Below, one piece after another: positions 34,644 through 43,969 of a stretch of DNA of 64,000 nt. A model generated the notes under the pieces. That model was not told where the DNA came from. It searched no databases and saw only the letters and a list, made by a program, of their open reading frames with translations. Every line of letters starts with the position of its first letter. Positions within the stretch are counted from its first letter, which is position 1. The position numbers and the translations under genes were made by a program. The stretch lies in sequence record OQ990040; one strand, written 5' to 3'. Source of the stretch: Escherichia phage SUT_E520.

Positions 34644-35591
34644 TTACTTGTTACGCATATCCATGATCATTTGACCATCGTAGCCAGTACCTACCACAGT
34701 CTGAGGTACACCACCTTGATACTTCTGAGCACGGATCATTTCAACTTCCAGTTGTTTCCAACGAATCATTTCAGGAGTAATGGTACGTTGCAATGCGGCG
34801 TTAGCTTCAGCTTCTTTCTTAGCTGCGTACAGTTTAGCATCTGCGTCACGTTCATTAGCAATAGCTTGGTTGTTACGAGCTTCACGATCTGCTTCTGCTT
34901 GTTTAACTTTTTGCTGTGCTTCCTGTTCAACGCGAGCAAGTTCAGCTTTCGCAGCATTAACTTGCTCTTCACGAACTTTGGTATTCTGTACCTGTTCCAT
35001 GATTACTGGCGGCAAGGTAATATCCTGAAGGAATACCTGCTTAACTGTGTAACCATATGGGCGCGCATACTCTTCAACTTCCTGTTGAATTGCAGTTTGC
35101 AATTGAGCCTGAATTTTAGCATCAAATAAATCTTGTGCTTTAGGTACAGACTTACCAAACTCACGAATAGTAGACAGTAATTTTTCAGTTACATACTTGT
35201 CTAGTGCCTGATCCTGAGTACCTGCGTTAATACGGTTAATCGGTGCTTTAGAACCATCAAACTGCAACATAACAGTCAGGTCAACAGTGGATTTAAACTT
35301 ATCCTGGCTAGGAACCTGAAGTTTATCTAATTTTACAGCAATATCTTTTGTACTAAAAGTATCGAAAGATGCAAACGGGTTTACAAGATGGAAGCCCGGC
35401 AATACTGGATTAGGGTCTACTTTACCCAGGAATGTTTGGGTTTTAACCGTACCATCAGAAACAATAGTATATGAATTAAAAGCTAGGATTAAACCTGCTA
35501 AACCAACTACAGCACCAATACCCCAACGTTTAATAGTACGAATTACTTTCTGCTCAGAAGTCAGTTCTTTCATATTTTTAGTAGCAAACAT
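34644..35591 (-). CDS. SPFH/band-7 (HflK/C, stomatin, prohibitin-like) membrane protein
   Basis: N-terminal TM WGIGAVVGLAGLILAF, SPFH-like core, long Ala/Glu/Gln-rich coiled-coil. Confidence 0.55.
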   Translation of the reverse strand: MFATKNMKELTSEQKVIRTIKRWGIGAVVGLAGLILAFNSYTIVSDGTVKTQTFLGKVDPNPVLPGFHLVNPFASFDTFSTKDIAVKLDKLQVPSQDKFKSTVDLTVMLQFDGSKAPINRINAGTQDQALDKYVTEKLLSTIREFGKSVPKAQDLFDAKIQAQLQTAIQQEVEEYARPYGYTVKQVFLQDITLPPVIMEQVQNTKVREEQVNAAKAELARVEQEAQQKVKQAEADREARNNQAIANERDADAKLYAAKKEAEANAALQRTITPEMIRWKQLEVEMIRAQKYQGGVPQTVVGTGYDGQMIMDMRNK

Positions 35592-35625
35592 ATATTTCCT
35601 TTGTTTTAGTTACAGTTAATAAAAT

Positions 35626-35700
35626 TGGCCGAGGTGACAGGATTCGAACCTGCATAAAGGAATTTAGAAGACTCCTGCCTCTCCCTTAGACTACACCCCG
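35626..35700 (-). tRNA. tRNA-Arg (anticodon UCU)
   Basis: acceptor CGGGGTG/CACCTCG, anticodon arm GGAGT-CTTCTAA-ATTCC, T-arm GCAGG-TTCGAAT-CCTGT, CCA. Confidence 0.7.
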
Positions 35701-36497
35701 TTTAAGTATTTTTAAGAACTCTCGTAAAAACTCTTAAAAATACAGACGATACCGGGAGAGTCATAAGTCTCACTCATTAAGTATTTCAAGACAAAATACA
35801 GTAACGTCTATTATTTTCCAGTTTAAGTCAGGGTGACTTAGTGGTTATGTCCTGCGGTATATTGAGGACTCGGTTAGGCTTGGGGTCATGACTTCCCACC
35901 TTTTGCTGCTACTCAACAGGAGTTATCGCGAATTACCTGTGCTATTGTGCACCATTAGTGACATCTCTCATGTCAGCATTTCCCACTTTGTGGATAGCTT
36001 GAAAAACTACTCCGATATGGAGAAAGAACTTCACTATCCTAGAATACCTTCTAAAGTTCTTCTTTAGCCTGGACATAGTTAAATCGTAATAAAACTATTC
36101 AGCAGACTGGTTGGTTAGTCTGGAACCAACTACCGCGTGGTTTAGGCAGTGCGCAACTAACCTCGGAAGCTTTTATGTTAAAAGCATCAGTTATCCAGTT
36201 CTTACCGACCGTAGGATTCGAACCTACATCTTCCACCAGTTACGGCTTGATAATACCAATTATACTAGGACGGCAGTGTTACTACATAAGTGATTTCCAC
36301 ACCCCACTATTTATAAATCAGAGAAGAGTTTAGGGGAGAGGTTTCAGACGCCTCATTTTACACGTTCTAGCCACTAACCGGGATTGCCGCCCCCTGTGTA
36401 CTAGTTTTACAACTAACCCACCGACTCTATTCAATGCGCTCCGGTTGGGATTCTGCACTCAGCGTAATCGGCTCGCTGTTCCCTAATTTATGAATAT

Positions 36498-36526
36498 ATT
36501 ATACAGAATTTATAAGCATTTAGCAA
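36498..36526 (-). promoter_or_regulatory. T5-type early sigma70 promoter reading into the noncoding leader and tRNA-Arg
   Basis: revcomp of 36521-36526 is TTGCTA; revcomp of 36498-36503 is TATAAT; 17-bp spacer. Confidence 0.6.
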
Positions 36527-36534
36527 ATGAATTT

Positions 36535-36969
36535 TTAGAAAAATTCACTAGCAATCAAAGCAGTTGTTTTACCGTCATAACGTCCGGGAAATTCTGCCTT
36601 AATAGTTTTCATTAATAGAGCTTTGGTAATACCTGGGTTTAATTTAACCAGTTCTGCAAAATACTCACGAATCTGAACCTCAGTCAGTTGACTTGGCTGA
36701 TACTCTTGCAGCATGGAATAAAGCAGTTGCTCATAGTCTACATCAGTAGGAACTTCCATACCAACTTTAATAGCGCGTTGTTTTGCATTTTCTAGAGCCT
36801 TAATCTGAGCTTTCAGATAGGCTACGAACTCGGTTCGAGTAACAATGTCTTTATCAATACGTTGCAGATCACCAATCATGGTCTGAAGATTAAGTGCCCG
36901 TTCCTTATCACCGTGAGTACGTGCTAGACTAAGTAGTCCACGAAGGGTCATTAGAATATTTTCACCCAT
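36535..36969 (-). CDS. hypothetical protein (144 aa)
   Basis: ORF in gene string. Confidence 0.45.
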   Translation of the reverse strand: MGENILMTLRGLLSLARTHGDKERALNLQTMIGDLQRIDKDIVTRTEFVAYLKAQIKALENAKQRAIKVGMEVPTDVDYEQLLYSMLQEYQPSQLTEVQIREYFAELVKLNPGITKALLMKTIKAEFPGRYDGKTTALIASEFF

Positions 36970-37170
36970 TATTTCATCCCCAATGCTTGGTTAAAAGATT
37001 GTTCTGTCATAACTGCTGAGACTTTGGCGAAATCAAACTTTTTAGGGTTCGTAGTTATTTCAGCAACGTTAGAAGTTTTAACAGTTTTCGTAGTACGAAT
37101 ACCGCGAGTGTTAACACCAATAATTACAACTGATTTCATATTTCGCTTCCTCTCATTAATTTATGAAAGT

Positions 37171-37199
37171 ATTATACAGAAATTTAAGTAGCTAAGCAA
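37171..37199 (-). promoter_or_regulatory. T5-type early sigma70 promoter (minus strand)
   Basis: revcomp of 37194-37199 is TTGCTT; revcomp of 37171-37176 is TATAAT. Confidence 0.55.
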
Positions 37200-37207
37200 G
37201 TAAATTT

Positions 37208-37675
37208 TTAAGTTTTAGTGACAACAGGTTTATAGAATGTATGTCCCTTAATCTTAGTTGTTTTCTTAAACTTCTTTGTCCAGTAAGGTTTATCTTTACC
37301 ACTATGGAAGTATAGTGCTCCATATGTAGGATCTTGTGGTAAATCAACGTAGTATATCACTCTAGCTAAATTCTTAGCGGTTTGCCAAGCCTCATCAGTT
37401 TTATCAACTTTTGGTCTCTTAGATACCCAAGAGAACTGGTTAGACTGATATACTACTTTACAGTAGGAATCTGGGAATTTACCGGAGTTTACACGGTTTT
37501 TAGTAACATGTGCAATCGCCGTCATTCCCTTTATGCCCTCACCACGACTTTCGAAATAGATATTTTTAGCAATGCAATCTATTTCTTTTGCATCGTGCGA
37601 TGCCTGACTACTAAAGCTGAAGGTAAGGGCAGCTACTAAAAGCAAAGCTGCCTTCATTCTTTTTACTCCTGCCAA
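37208..37675 (-). CDS. secreted SleB/CwlJ-like cell-wall hydrolase
   Basis: signal peptide MKAALLLVAALTFSFSSQA; YFESRGEGIKGMTAIAHVTKNRV...FP...QSNQFSW matches the Hydrolase_2 (SleB) pattern. Confidence 0.55.
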   Translation of the reverse strand: MAGVKRMKAALLLVAALTFSFSSQASHDAKEIDCIAKNIYFESRGEGIKGMTAIAHVTKNRVNSGKFPDSYCKVVYQSNQFSWVSKRPKVDKTDEAWQTAKNLARVIYYVDLPQDPTYGALYFHSGKDKPYWTKKFKKTTKIKGHTFYKPVVTKT

Positions 37676-37980
37676 TCATATTCAACACGATTGGGATTTT
37701 CTTTATACCCTAAGTCAAGCAAATCATTACGCATATTTTGCTTAGCTACTGGGTTCGAGGTTACTAGTACCACTTTCTTTGGTCTCTGCCCAAATTCTAA
37801 GAGTAAACGAAGAATTTGATAACCTTCCATACCATCTACAGCCAAGTCATTATCCATATAAACGAAATGGCCGGTGGTATCAGTTTTATTCAGAAACTCT
37901 ACAGCGGCTTCTGGGGTTCGAATGATAATGTCCATTCCGTGAAGATTACGCACATCATCAATCAAAATATGAAAAGTCAT
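37663..37980 (-). CDS. stand-alone receiver (REC, CheY-like) domain protein candidate
   Basis: ILIDDV, VYMDNDLAVDGMEGYQILRLL and KKVVLVTSN align with REC acidic pocket, phospho-Asp and Thr/Lys regions; overlaps downstream hydrolase gene by 13 nt. Confidence 0.4.
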   Translation of the reverse strand: MTFHILIDDVRNLHGMDIIIRTPEAAVEFLNKTDTTGHFVYMDNDLAVDGMEGYQILRLLLEFGQRPKKVVLVTSNPVAKQNMRNDLLDLGYKENPNRVEYDWQE

Positions 37981-38430
37981 AATAGCCTCGTTTCATCAAT
38001 TTAAAAATATATTATACAGATAACTTAGTAACTTAGTAAATTAGCAAATACATTTTTAAATTGTGAAACTAGTAAACCGATAAACAGCCTAGAGGCGCCA
38101 CAGGCCATATCTTATGAGCCATGTACCTTTGATCTAGGGTTTGAATCATCAACGAATACTTTGCATCTTTTAGCTTTAGAAGTTTAGAAGTTTGAGTTCT
38201 TTAAACTTTTCAGCTTTCATACTTAAATGTTGATCTTTGAAGTTGTGTCGGTAATATCAACGACGCTTTGTTCTTACGTGTCAGCTTAAAAGGCTGGTGT
38301 AATAAACATAATCTCCAATAGATTATACTTTATAGTATGGTCAGCGGTCTTATTTAACCCCGTATTTCAACCGCTGCTGCGAGGTAAGATGCTTGGGCTT
38401 TCGTCTACCGATTTACTAGCTTTTAAATTA

Positions 38431-39069
38431 TTACTCTACTTCAATGAAGGTAGAGGCGTTAGACTCGGACAGAACAAAGTCAACATTTGTTGCAAAGTCC
38501 TGGTATTCCTCGTCATGCTGCTTAATCAACTTCTCCAGTTCCAGCGGATCAATCAAGAATGGAGTATTCTTGAGTTCCAGCAGGTTGAGTTGCATTTTAA
38601 CTTCATCTTCGGAAGTTTTCTTATCACGGGTAGCCATGCTATCCTGCAAACGCTCATATTTAGCATCAAACTGTGCTTTCTGCGTATTAAACTTAACCGT
38701 AGCGGCATGGAACTGCTTACGCATGTTAGCCAGCAGTTGAGCTTTAAGCTCCATAGAACGCTTAGCTTCAATTGCTTCCGCAACAGTCATTTTACGAGAA
38801 CCGATCTCAACGATTGTTTCTGCATTGCTCTTAATCAGAGCAGATTTAATACGATCACGCTGAGACATCATATCCAGCAGAGACTGGAAATCAGTCTTAA
38901 TACGAGTAGACAGATCAGCTACTTCGATTGCAGCGCCAACTACAACCTGGTTTTTATCCTTACCTTCACCAACAGCGATCAGAAGCTGCTGTTCAGTAGC
39001 TTTACGGATTTTAGCTTCCAGAGATTTGATAGTTGCTAGAGCGCGAGTTTTAGAAATACGAGTAGTCAT
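38431..39069 (-). CDS. hypothetical coiled-coil protein (212 aa)
   Basis: AGGAAA RBS before ATG at 39069. Confidence 0.45.
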   Translation of the reverse strand: MTTRISKTRALATIKSLEAKIRKATEQQLLIAVGEGKDKNQVVVGAAIEVADLSTRIKTDFQSLLDMMSQRDRIKSALIKSNAETIVEIGSRKMTVAEAIEAKRSMELKAQLLANMRKQFHAATVKFNTQKAQFDAKYERLQDSMATRDKKTSEDEVKMQLNLLELKNTPFLIDPLELEKLIKQHDEEYQDFATNVDFVLSESNASTFIEVE

Positions 39070-39122
39070 TATTTGTTTCCTTATATGAGGTTTGAGATTT
39101 GAATTTGTTTAAAGTTGGTCTA

Positions 39123-39305
39123 TTACAGACCAATTGCCAGCAGAGTGCGCAGAACAGTATCGTTACTGTTATCAATTTTAGGATTAGCACGATTTAGCAG
39201 ATCAAAGATTTTCTGGACACCTGATTGACGTTCAGCCATACGACGGATACCCAGATTACGAGTAGCTTTCTTACCATTTTTACGAACATTTTTAGATACT
39301 GGCAT
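39123..39305 (-). CDS. small basic protein (60 aa)
   Basis: ORF directly downstream of promoter 39346-39374. Confidence 0.4.
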   Translation of the reverse strand: MPVSKNVRKNGKKATRNLGIRRMAERQSGVQKIFDLLNRANPKIDNSNDTVLRTLLAIGL

Positions 39306-39345
39306 ATTTGTTTTCCTTTTATTGTTTTCTCAAATTTATGAATAT

Positions 39346-39374
39346 ATTATACAGAATTTTGGAGCCGGAAGCAA
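39346..39374 (-). promoter_or_regulatory. T5-type early sigma70 promoter (minus strand)
   Basis: revcomp of 39369-39374 is TTGCTT; revcomp of 39346-39351 is TATAAT. Confidence 0.55.
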
Positions 39375-39375
39375 A

Positions 39376-40077
39376 TCAAATTTTCATTTTTTCGATCATA
39401 GCTGCAACACAATAGCTTTCAACTAAGGCATCAAATGCAGGATCATGCTTAACCGGATAGATCCCATAACGAATGGTGTCCATCTTCTCCATTTTAGCTT
39501 TTGCCCAGCTAATACCTTCAGCCTCTAGATCTTTGTAACTATAATCAGCTTGCATCCAGAGATTACGAAGAGATCGAACATTGCCCAAATTCCAGAATTT
39601 CCACGGAACTACCTCTTCATTGGTTCCAGCATGGAATGTGTTTGCAGAGTAGATAGTCATATCAAACTCTGGGCCATTACCATAATACAAAGCATTTTCG
39701 CCTAGAGCCAACTCCATAATATTTTGAGCCATAGAGAAGGCAGCATAGTTTGAGCCAAATTTATTAGTGCAATGATGTTTACCATTTTGGAAGGCAATCA
39801 GTTTTGGATTACGTTCCTTCATAGCTTCCATAATGTGAATAGCAGACGGGCTATTTTTAGCTTGATCCATCCAGAATGCTAGAGTAGATGCTGTAACTTT
39901 AGCACCAGAATTAAGCTGATCTTGTACATCCAAAGTAACAAATACTAGATCAGGGTCTTTATCAATTCCATGCATAGCCACAAAAGCGAAAGAAGGCATT
40001 GCGATATGAGTAGTACCACAATCTCCTGGAGTTCCCAGAGATTCAATATCTAGCATACCAAATGGTTTTACTTTCAT
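39376..40077 (-). CDS. DEDDh 3'-5' exonuclease (DnaQ/RNase T-like)
   Basis: Exo I motif MLDIESLG and Exo III motif HDPAFDALVES. Confidence 0.55.
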   Translation of the reverse strand: MKVKPFGMLDIESLGTPGDCGTTHIAMPSFAFVAMHGIDKDPDLVFVTLDVQDQLNSGAKVTASTLAFWMDQAKNSPSAIHIMEAMKERNPKLIAFQNGKHHCTNKFGSNYAAFSMAQNIMELALGENALYYGNGPEFDMTIYSANTFHAGTNEEVVPWKFWNLGNVRSLRNLWMQADYSYKDLEAEGISWAKAKMEKMDTIRYGIYPVKHDPAFDALVESYCVAAMIEKMKI

Positions 40078-40105
40078 AAGTTATCCTTTATTGTGTAGAA
40101 AACTA

Positions 40106-40342
40106 TTAAAGAGCTGTCTCTTTAATAGACTCCCACTTCTTGGGGTCTTTAAAACCAGGGAGCATATCCTCACTGACATCCCAGTTCTCTTCCATAGAGA
40201 AGTCGGGCCATTCATCCCAACTACCTTCCAACTCTTCATAACAGGTATCCATTACCTCATGACTAGAAAGTCGTGTATAATCCCTAGCTGACTTATGGGT
40301 GGTAGCACGGTTAAAATCATTCTTTGCCACAAAATTACGCAT
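40106..40342 (-). CDS. hypothetical acidic protein (78 aa)
   Basis: ORF in gene string. Confidence 0.35.
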   Translation of the reverse strand: MRNFVAKNDFNRATTHKSARDYTRLSSHEVMDTCYEELEGSWDEWPDFSMEENWDVSEDMLPGFKDPKKWESIKETAL

Positions 40343-40383
40343 AGTTTCTCCAAATAAGAGGGGCTTTCGCCCCCTGATTTAAA

Positions 40384-40599
40384 TCACTTGCCCAGCAGTT
40401 TAAGGATATTTTCCATAATAGTTTGGGCAGATTTTTCACTCTTGTTGGTTTCAGCCAACTTTAAAGCGAGTTCTTCCTGCTGTTTCTGAATATCAGCTGC
40501 GATTTTTTGATCAGCCTCAATACGAGCTTGAAGCTCATCAGTGATAGTGGTAAAGGAAGCAACGATTTCAGTAACAGAACGTGGTTTCTTAGAGAACAT
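40384..40599 (-). CDS. hypothetical coiled-coil protein (71 aa)
   Basis: ORF in gene string. Confidence 0.35.
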   Translation of the reverse strand: MFSKKPRSVTEIVASFTTITDELQARIEADQKIAADIQKQQEELALKLAETNKSEKSAQTIMENILKLLGK

Positions 40600-40663
40600 A
40601 AAAAATATCCTTGATTAGTTAGAGAATTAGTGGATTGTAGGGGCTTCTGCCCCTATTTATCTA

Positions 40664-41179
40664 TTACTTCGCTTTACGCTTGCGAGCTGGTTTAGCAGAT
40701 TTACGAGCAGAATCACCAGTGAACTTAATGCCTACACCGTAACACAGAGCGCGAACATTATCTTTACTATACTCTACGCCAAAGATATTTGGCTTAACAG
40801 AACCAAACTGTCCACGAGTATCGCGCAATACATCTGCTGTTGGTTTACGCTTCTGGTTAACTGCCTTCTCGTAGTCTTTCATAGACATACCATTACGAGA
40901 GAACAATTCAGCCCCAGCGTTGAAACTCAAAGATACTGGGACAGATTTGTGGCCGTAATTTTCTACATACATAACCATTTTGTAGGATTTACGGGTGGCA
41001 TTTTTAGCTTTAGGCTTCTTACGAATCGGAGCCGGATTATTCAATGCTTGCGCAGCCTGAGCATCGGTAGGATGCTTACGCAGGTGACGTTCCAGACGAG
41101 CTTTGCGATTAGCCTCGGTCTGCGGGAAAGTTTTAACTGCCGGGGCTGCTTGAGTTTTTGCGTTTTTCTGCTTAGCCAT
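40664..41179 (-). CDS. basic Lys/Ala-rich protein, probable nucleic-acid binding
   Basis: 171 aa rich in K, R, A; ORF downstream of promoter 41218-41246. Confidence 0.45.
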   Translation of the reverse strand: MAKQKNAKTQAAPAVKTFPQTEANRKARLERHLRKHPTDAQAAQALNNPAPIRKKPKAKNATRKSYKMVMYVENYGHKSVPVSLSFNAGAELFSRNGMSMKDYEKAVNQKRKPTADVLRDTRGQFGSVKPNIFGVEYSKDNVRALCYGVGIKFTGDSARKSAKPARKRKAK

Positions 41180-41217
41180 TATTTGTTTTCCTTTTTGTTT
41201 ATCAATTTATGAAGTAT

Positions 41218-41246
41218 ATTATACGAGAATTTGAAGCGTTTAGCAA
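41218..41246 (-). promoter_or_regulatory. T5-type early sigma70 promoter (minus strand)
   Basis: revcomp of 41241-41246 is TTGCTA; revcomp of 41218-41223 is TATAAT. Confidence 0.55.
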
Positions 41247-41254
41247 ATGAATTT

Positions 41255-41704
41255 TTAATTTATTAACTGTAAGCTTCTTTTAATTTCAGACCTTACTTGC
41301 ATCAAAAGGACTCCTAAAGTATTATCCCCGATGCCTCGGCAAACACCCCAATATGTATCTCCCCAGGTATTTCCTTCGATCAAAGTTGCATTTTCTGTTG
41401 CTAACAGTTTATCTCTTAAATCAGGAATTGCAAACTTTAATCGTAAAAGCTCTAGCATTACATCATCTTTTACTTTATCCCAGTCAGAGCGTAGGGTTAA
41501 TTTACGTCCTCTACGTTTAGCAACTCCTGCATTTAGGGAGCGGAGTACATGAGCTACATCATCTTTTTGGTCGGATTTCATAGCCTGAAAAGCATGTTCT
41601 ACAGTATCAGCATGCCATATCTCATTTAGATATTCGAAAGTAATTGGTGATAAATAAAAGTTAGATAAGAAACTATAAGTACCTTTAAATTCAGTAATCT
41701 TCAT
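41255..41704 (-). CDS. NADAR/YbiA-like protein (DUF1768)
   Basis: FLSNFY, VEHAFQAMK and WGDTYWG...GDNTLGVLLMQVR match E. coli YbiA motifs FSNFA, SEHYFQAQK, WGDG...GKNRLGYLLMELR. Confidence 0.6.
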   Translation of the reverse strand: MKITEFKGTYSFLSNFYLSPITFEYLNEIWHADTVEHAFQAMKSDQKDDVAHVLRSLNAGVAKRRGRKLTLRSDWDKVKDDVMLELLRLKFAIPDLRDKLLATENATLIEGNTWGDTYWGVCRGIGDNTLGVLLMQVRSEIKRSLQLIN

Positions 41705-41985
41705 TTTTTACGCCCCGCATCTTTAGCCTCCTCGGCTGTATAGATATACTGATAAGCCCCTTTGGAGTAGGCTGGAGCAGTACACATTTTCTTACGCTCA
41801 ATCTCTTCTTGAGCTTTTCTTTCGCGTTCCGCTAATTCTTCGTCCAAATAAACTAAACGTTGTTCTGGAGGAGGTGGAAGACGTGTTTCTGGCTCGCCAA
41901 TATTAGCCTTTCTTATTTGACGAGGTGATTGTGCACGTTTTCTCAATGGTTTAAATCCTAATGAATTTGAGTTATAGATCCGCAT
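41701..41985 (-). CDS. hypothetical protein (94 aa)
   Basis: ORF in gene string. Confidence 0.4.
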   Translation of the reverse strand: MRIYNSNSLGFKPLRKRAQSPRQIRKANIGEPETRLPPPPEQRLVYLDEELAERERKAQEEIERKKMCTAPAYSKGAYQYIYTAEEAKDAGRKK

Positions 41986-42062
41986 AAAGCCCTCCTCACT
42001 TTCAATACGAATATTATACTAAATTATAGGGCTTTAAGCAAGAGAATTTTTTAATTTATTTA

Positions 42063-42551
42063 TCACATCTCAGCCATTTCAGCTTCAGTAATAACTGTAT
42101 TACATAAGGCGTCTACAGCCTCATTACCACTAATACCAGAATGTCCTTTAACCTTAATAAAGGTAGGGTTAGTATTATGAAAGTTGATATACTGCTGTGT
42201 TAATTTAAATGCTTCCTGCCAAAGTTCTAGATTAAGAGGAACTTCACCATCTGCTTTCTTCCAGCCTTTCCTTTGCCAAGAAAACATCCAACTTTCCATG
42301 CCATTTTTGCAATAAGCAGAGTCAGTATAGATAGCAATTGGTCTATTATCTTTTTTAACAGACCAACGTAGGGCTTCTACGATAGCTGTGAGTTCCATCT
42401 CATTATTTGTAGTTTTAGGATTATAACCAGATTTAGAACCTAAACGATCGTCGTTATCATCATAGACAATAAAACCCCAAGCACCTGGACCTGGATTAGA
42501 CTTACAAGCACCATCTGTGTAAATGTGGAAAACCGACATTATACCTCCCAA
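42063..42551 (-). CDS. rnh: ribonuclease H (RNase HI-like)
   Basis: IYTDGAC, YTDSAY and HSGISGNEAVDAL motifs. Confidence 0.65.
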   Translation of the reverse strand: MGGIMSVFHIYTDGACKSNPGPGAWGFIVYDDNDDRLGSKSGYNPKTTNNEMELTAIVEALRWSVKKDNRPIAIYTDSAYCKNGMESWMFSWQRKGWKKADGEVPLNLELWQEAFKLTQQYINFHNTNPTFIKVKGHSGISGNEAVDALCNTVITEAEMAEM

Positions 42552-42820
42552 CTAATTTTAAGACCCATGTCTACAAAGGCGGCTTCTCGGTAGTATTGAG
42601 AGAGATGATACCCCTTATCCGATAAGGTTTTTAGTACCGATTTAGCGGCTCCTGGCATTTCTCTAGGATTATATAGCCACCTAGCGTAAGGATTATCTCG
42701 AATAATTACTTCTGTATTTCCAGACTTAGCAGCTTCTACAATCTTTTCTTCTATAAACTTTAGAAAAGCGGGTACTTCTGTTAATCCTGCAAGTTCTTGG
42801 GCTTCTTTGGCTGAAATCAT
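42539..42820 (-). CDS. hypothetical protein (93 aa)
   Basis: ORF in gene string. Confidence 0.4.
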   Translation of the reverse strand: MISAKEAQELAGLTEVPAFLKFIEEKIVEAAKSGNTEVIIRDNPYARWLYNPREMPGAAKSVLKTLSDKGYHLSQYYREAAFVDMGLKISWEV

Positions 42821-43020
42821 GGCTTTTCACCTTCTGCTACACTTCTGGTTTTTGGTGGGATGGGAGGGTTAGGTTTTATAGCCGCTAATTCCCTATCTAA
42901 GAATTCCTCTATTGCTCTATCTACAAAGTAGTCATAGGGTAAATGATAATGTTCTGATAGAGTAAGAAGTTTGTGCTCTTGGCTTTCTGTTAAATAAACT
43001 TTCTTTCTAAAGAGTCCCAT
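42817..43020 (-). CDS. hypothetical protein (67 aa)
   Basis: ORF in gene string. Confidence 0.35.
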   Translation of the reverse strand: MGLFRKKVYLTESQEHKLLTLSEHYHLPYDYFVDRAIEEFLDRELAAIKPNPPIPPKTRSVAEGEKP

Positions 43021-43114
43021 ATGTGTATCTCCAATCTATAAAATATATTATATTTAAATTTCACTAAATAAGCAAATGAAATTTAAATATAATAGCCCCG
43101 AAGGGCTATTTAAA

Positions 43115-43969
43115 TTACACAGTGAATGGATATGCAATAGCAGGATGGTGTTCGTAACCACGAACAGTAAAATCATCCTTATTTACCCAGGTCAATACAT
43201 CCTCCAGAGTTCGGATATTTGGATTGATTTCTAGAGTAGGAGGTGCAAAGGGTTCACGATCAAATTGCTTATGCTCCATCAAAACATTATACTGATCCTC
43301 ATAGATATGAAGATTGATAATCTTCTGGCGTGCAATCCCTGGTTTAAGGCCTGTAATCTGTGCCATTAATGCTAGAAGCGTATAGCACTGAACCATGTTA
43401 AATACTTGGCCTAACAGGAAGTCATTAGATCTCTGGAAAGAGTTCAGATATAATGTATCTCCCAAAATAGAGAACTGATGAGTATGCATACATGGACGTA
43501 AGCAACCCTTTGAGAACTCCCCCGGATTCCAGAAGGTTAGAATTTCCCCACGATCATCAATGCCCTTTTTCAGATTATGATAAATCTTGGCTAGTTGGTC
43601 AAACATAAGACCATCGGAATTAGTCCACTGACGTCCTTGAACACCATAGACTCGTCCCATATCATCCTCACCTTTACGGTATGGATTGTCTAGCCAAGCT
43701 AAGTTTTCATTTGCATTAGCATTCCATGTGTTAACACCAATAGCGCGGAATTGTGCTGCTGAATCATACCCACGTAGATACCCAATCATTTCCATTATTG
43801 CTTGTTTTGCAAACGCCTTACGAGTAGTAATAAGTGGGAATTCACCTGCACCTACGTTAAAAGTAAAATCTGCATCAATAATGGTGAGGCAACGAACCCC
43901 TGTTCTGGGATTCGTTACCCACTGACCTTCTGATAGAATACGTTTTCCAACTTCTATATACTGATCCAT
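43115..43969 (-). CDS. thyA: thymidylate synthase
   Basis: 284 aa; ThyA-like including active-site region [10 protein letters not shown]. Confidence 0.7.
   Translation of the reverse strand: MDQYIEVGKRILSEGQWVTNPRTGVRCLTIIDADFTFNVGAGEFPLITTRKAFAKQAIMEMIGYLRGYDSAAQFRAIGVNTWNANANENLAWLDNPYRKGEDDMGRVYGVQGRQWTNSDGLMFDQLAKIYHNLKKGIDDRGEILTFWNPGEFSKGCLRPCMHTHQFSILGDTLYLNSFQRSNDFLLGQVFNMVQCYTLLALMAQITGLKPGIARQKIINLHIYEDQYNVLMEHKQFDREPFAPPTLEINPNIRTLEDVLTWVNKDDFTVRGYEHHPAIAYPFTV

Noticed and set aside
34671-35129. Plus-strand ORFs inside the SPFH gene
   Set aside because: Embedded antisense frames with low-complexity translations
38389-39039. 216-aa plus-strand ORF mirroring 38431-39069
   Set aside because: Minus-strand ORF has an RBS and matches local gene orientation; plus frame is the antisense shadow
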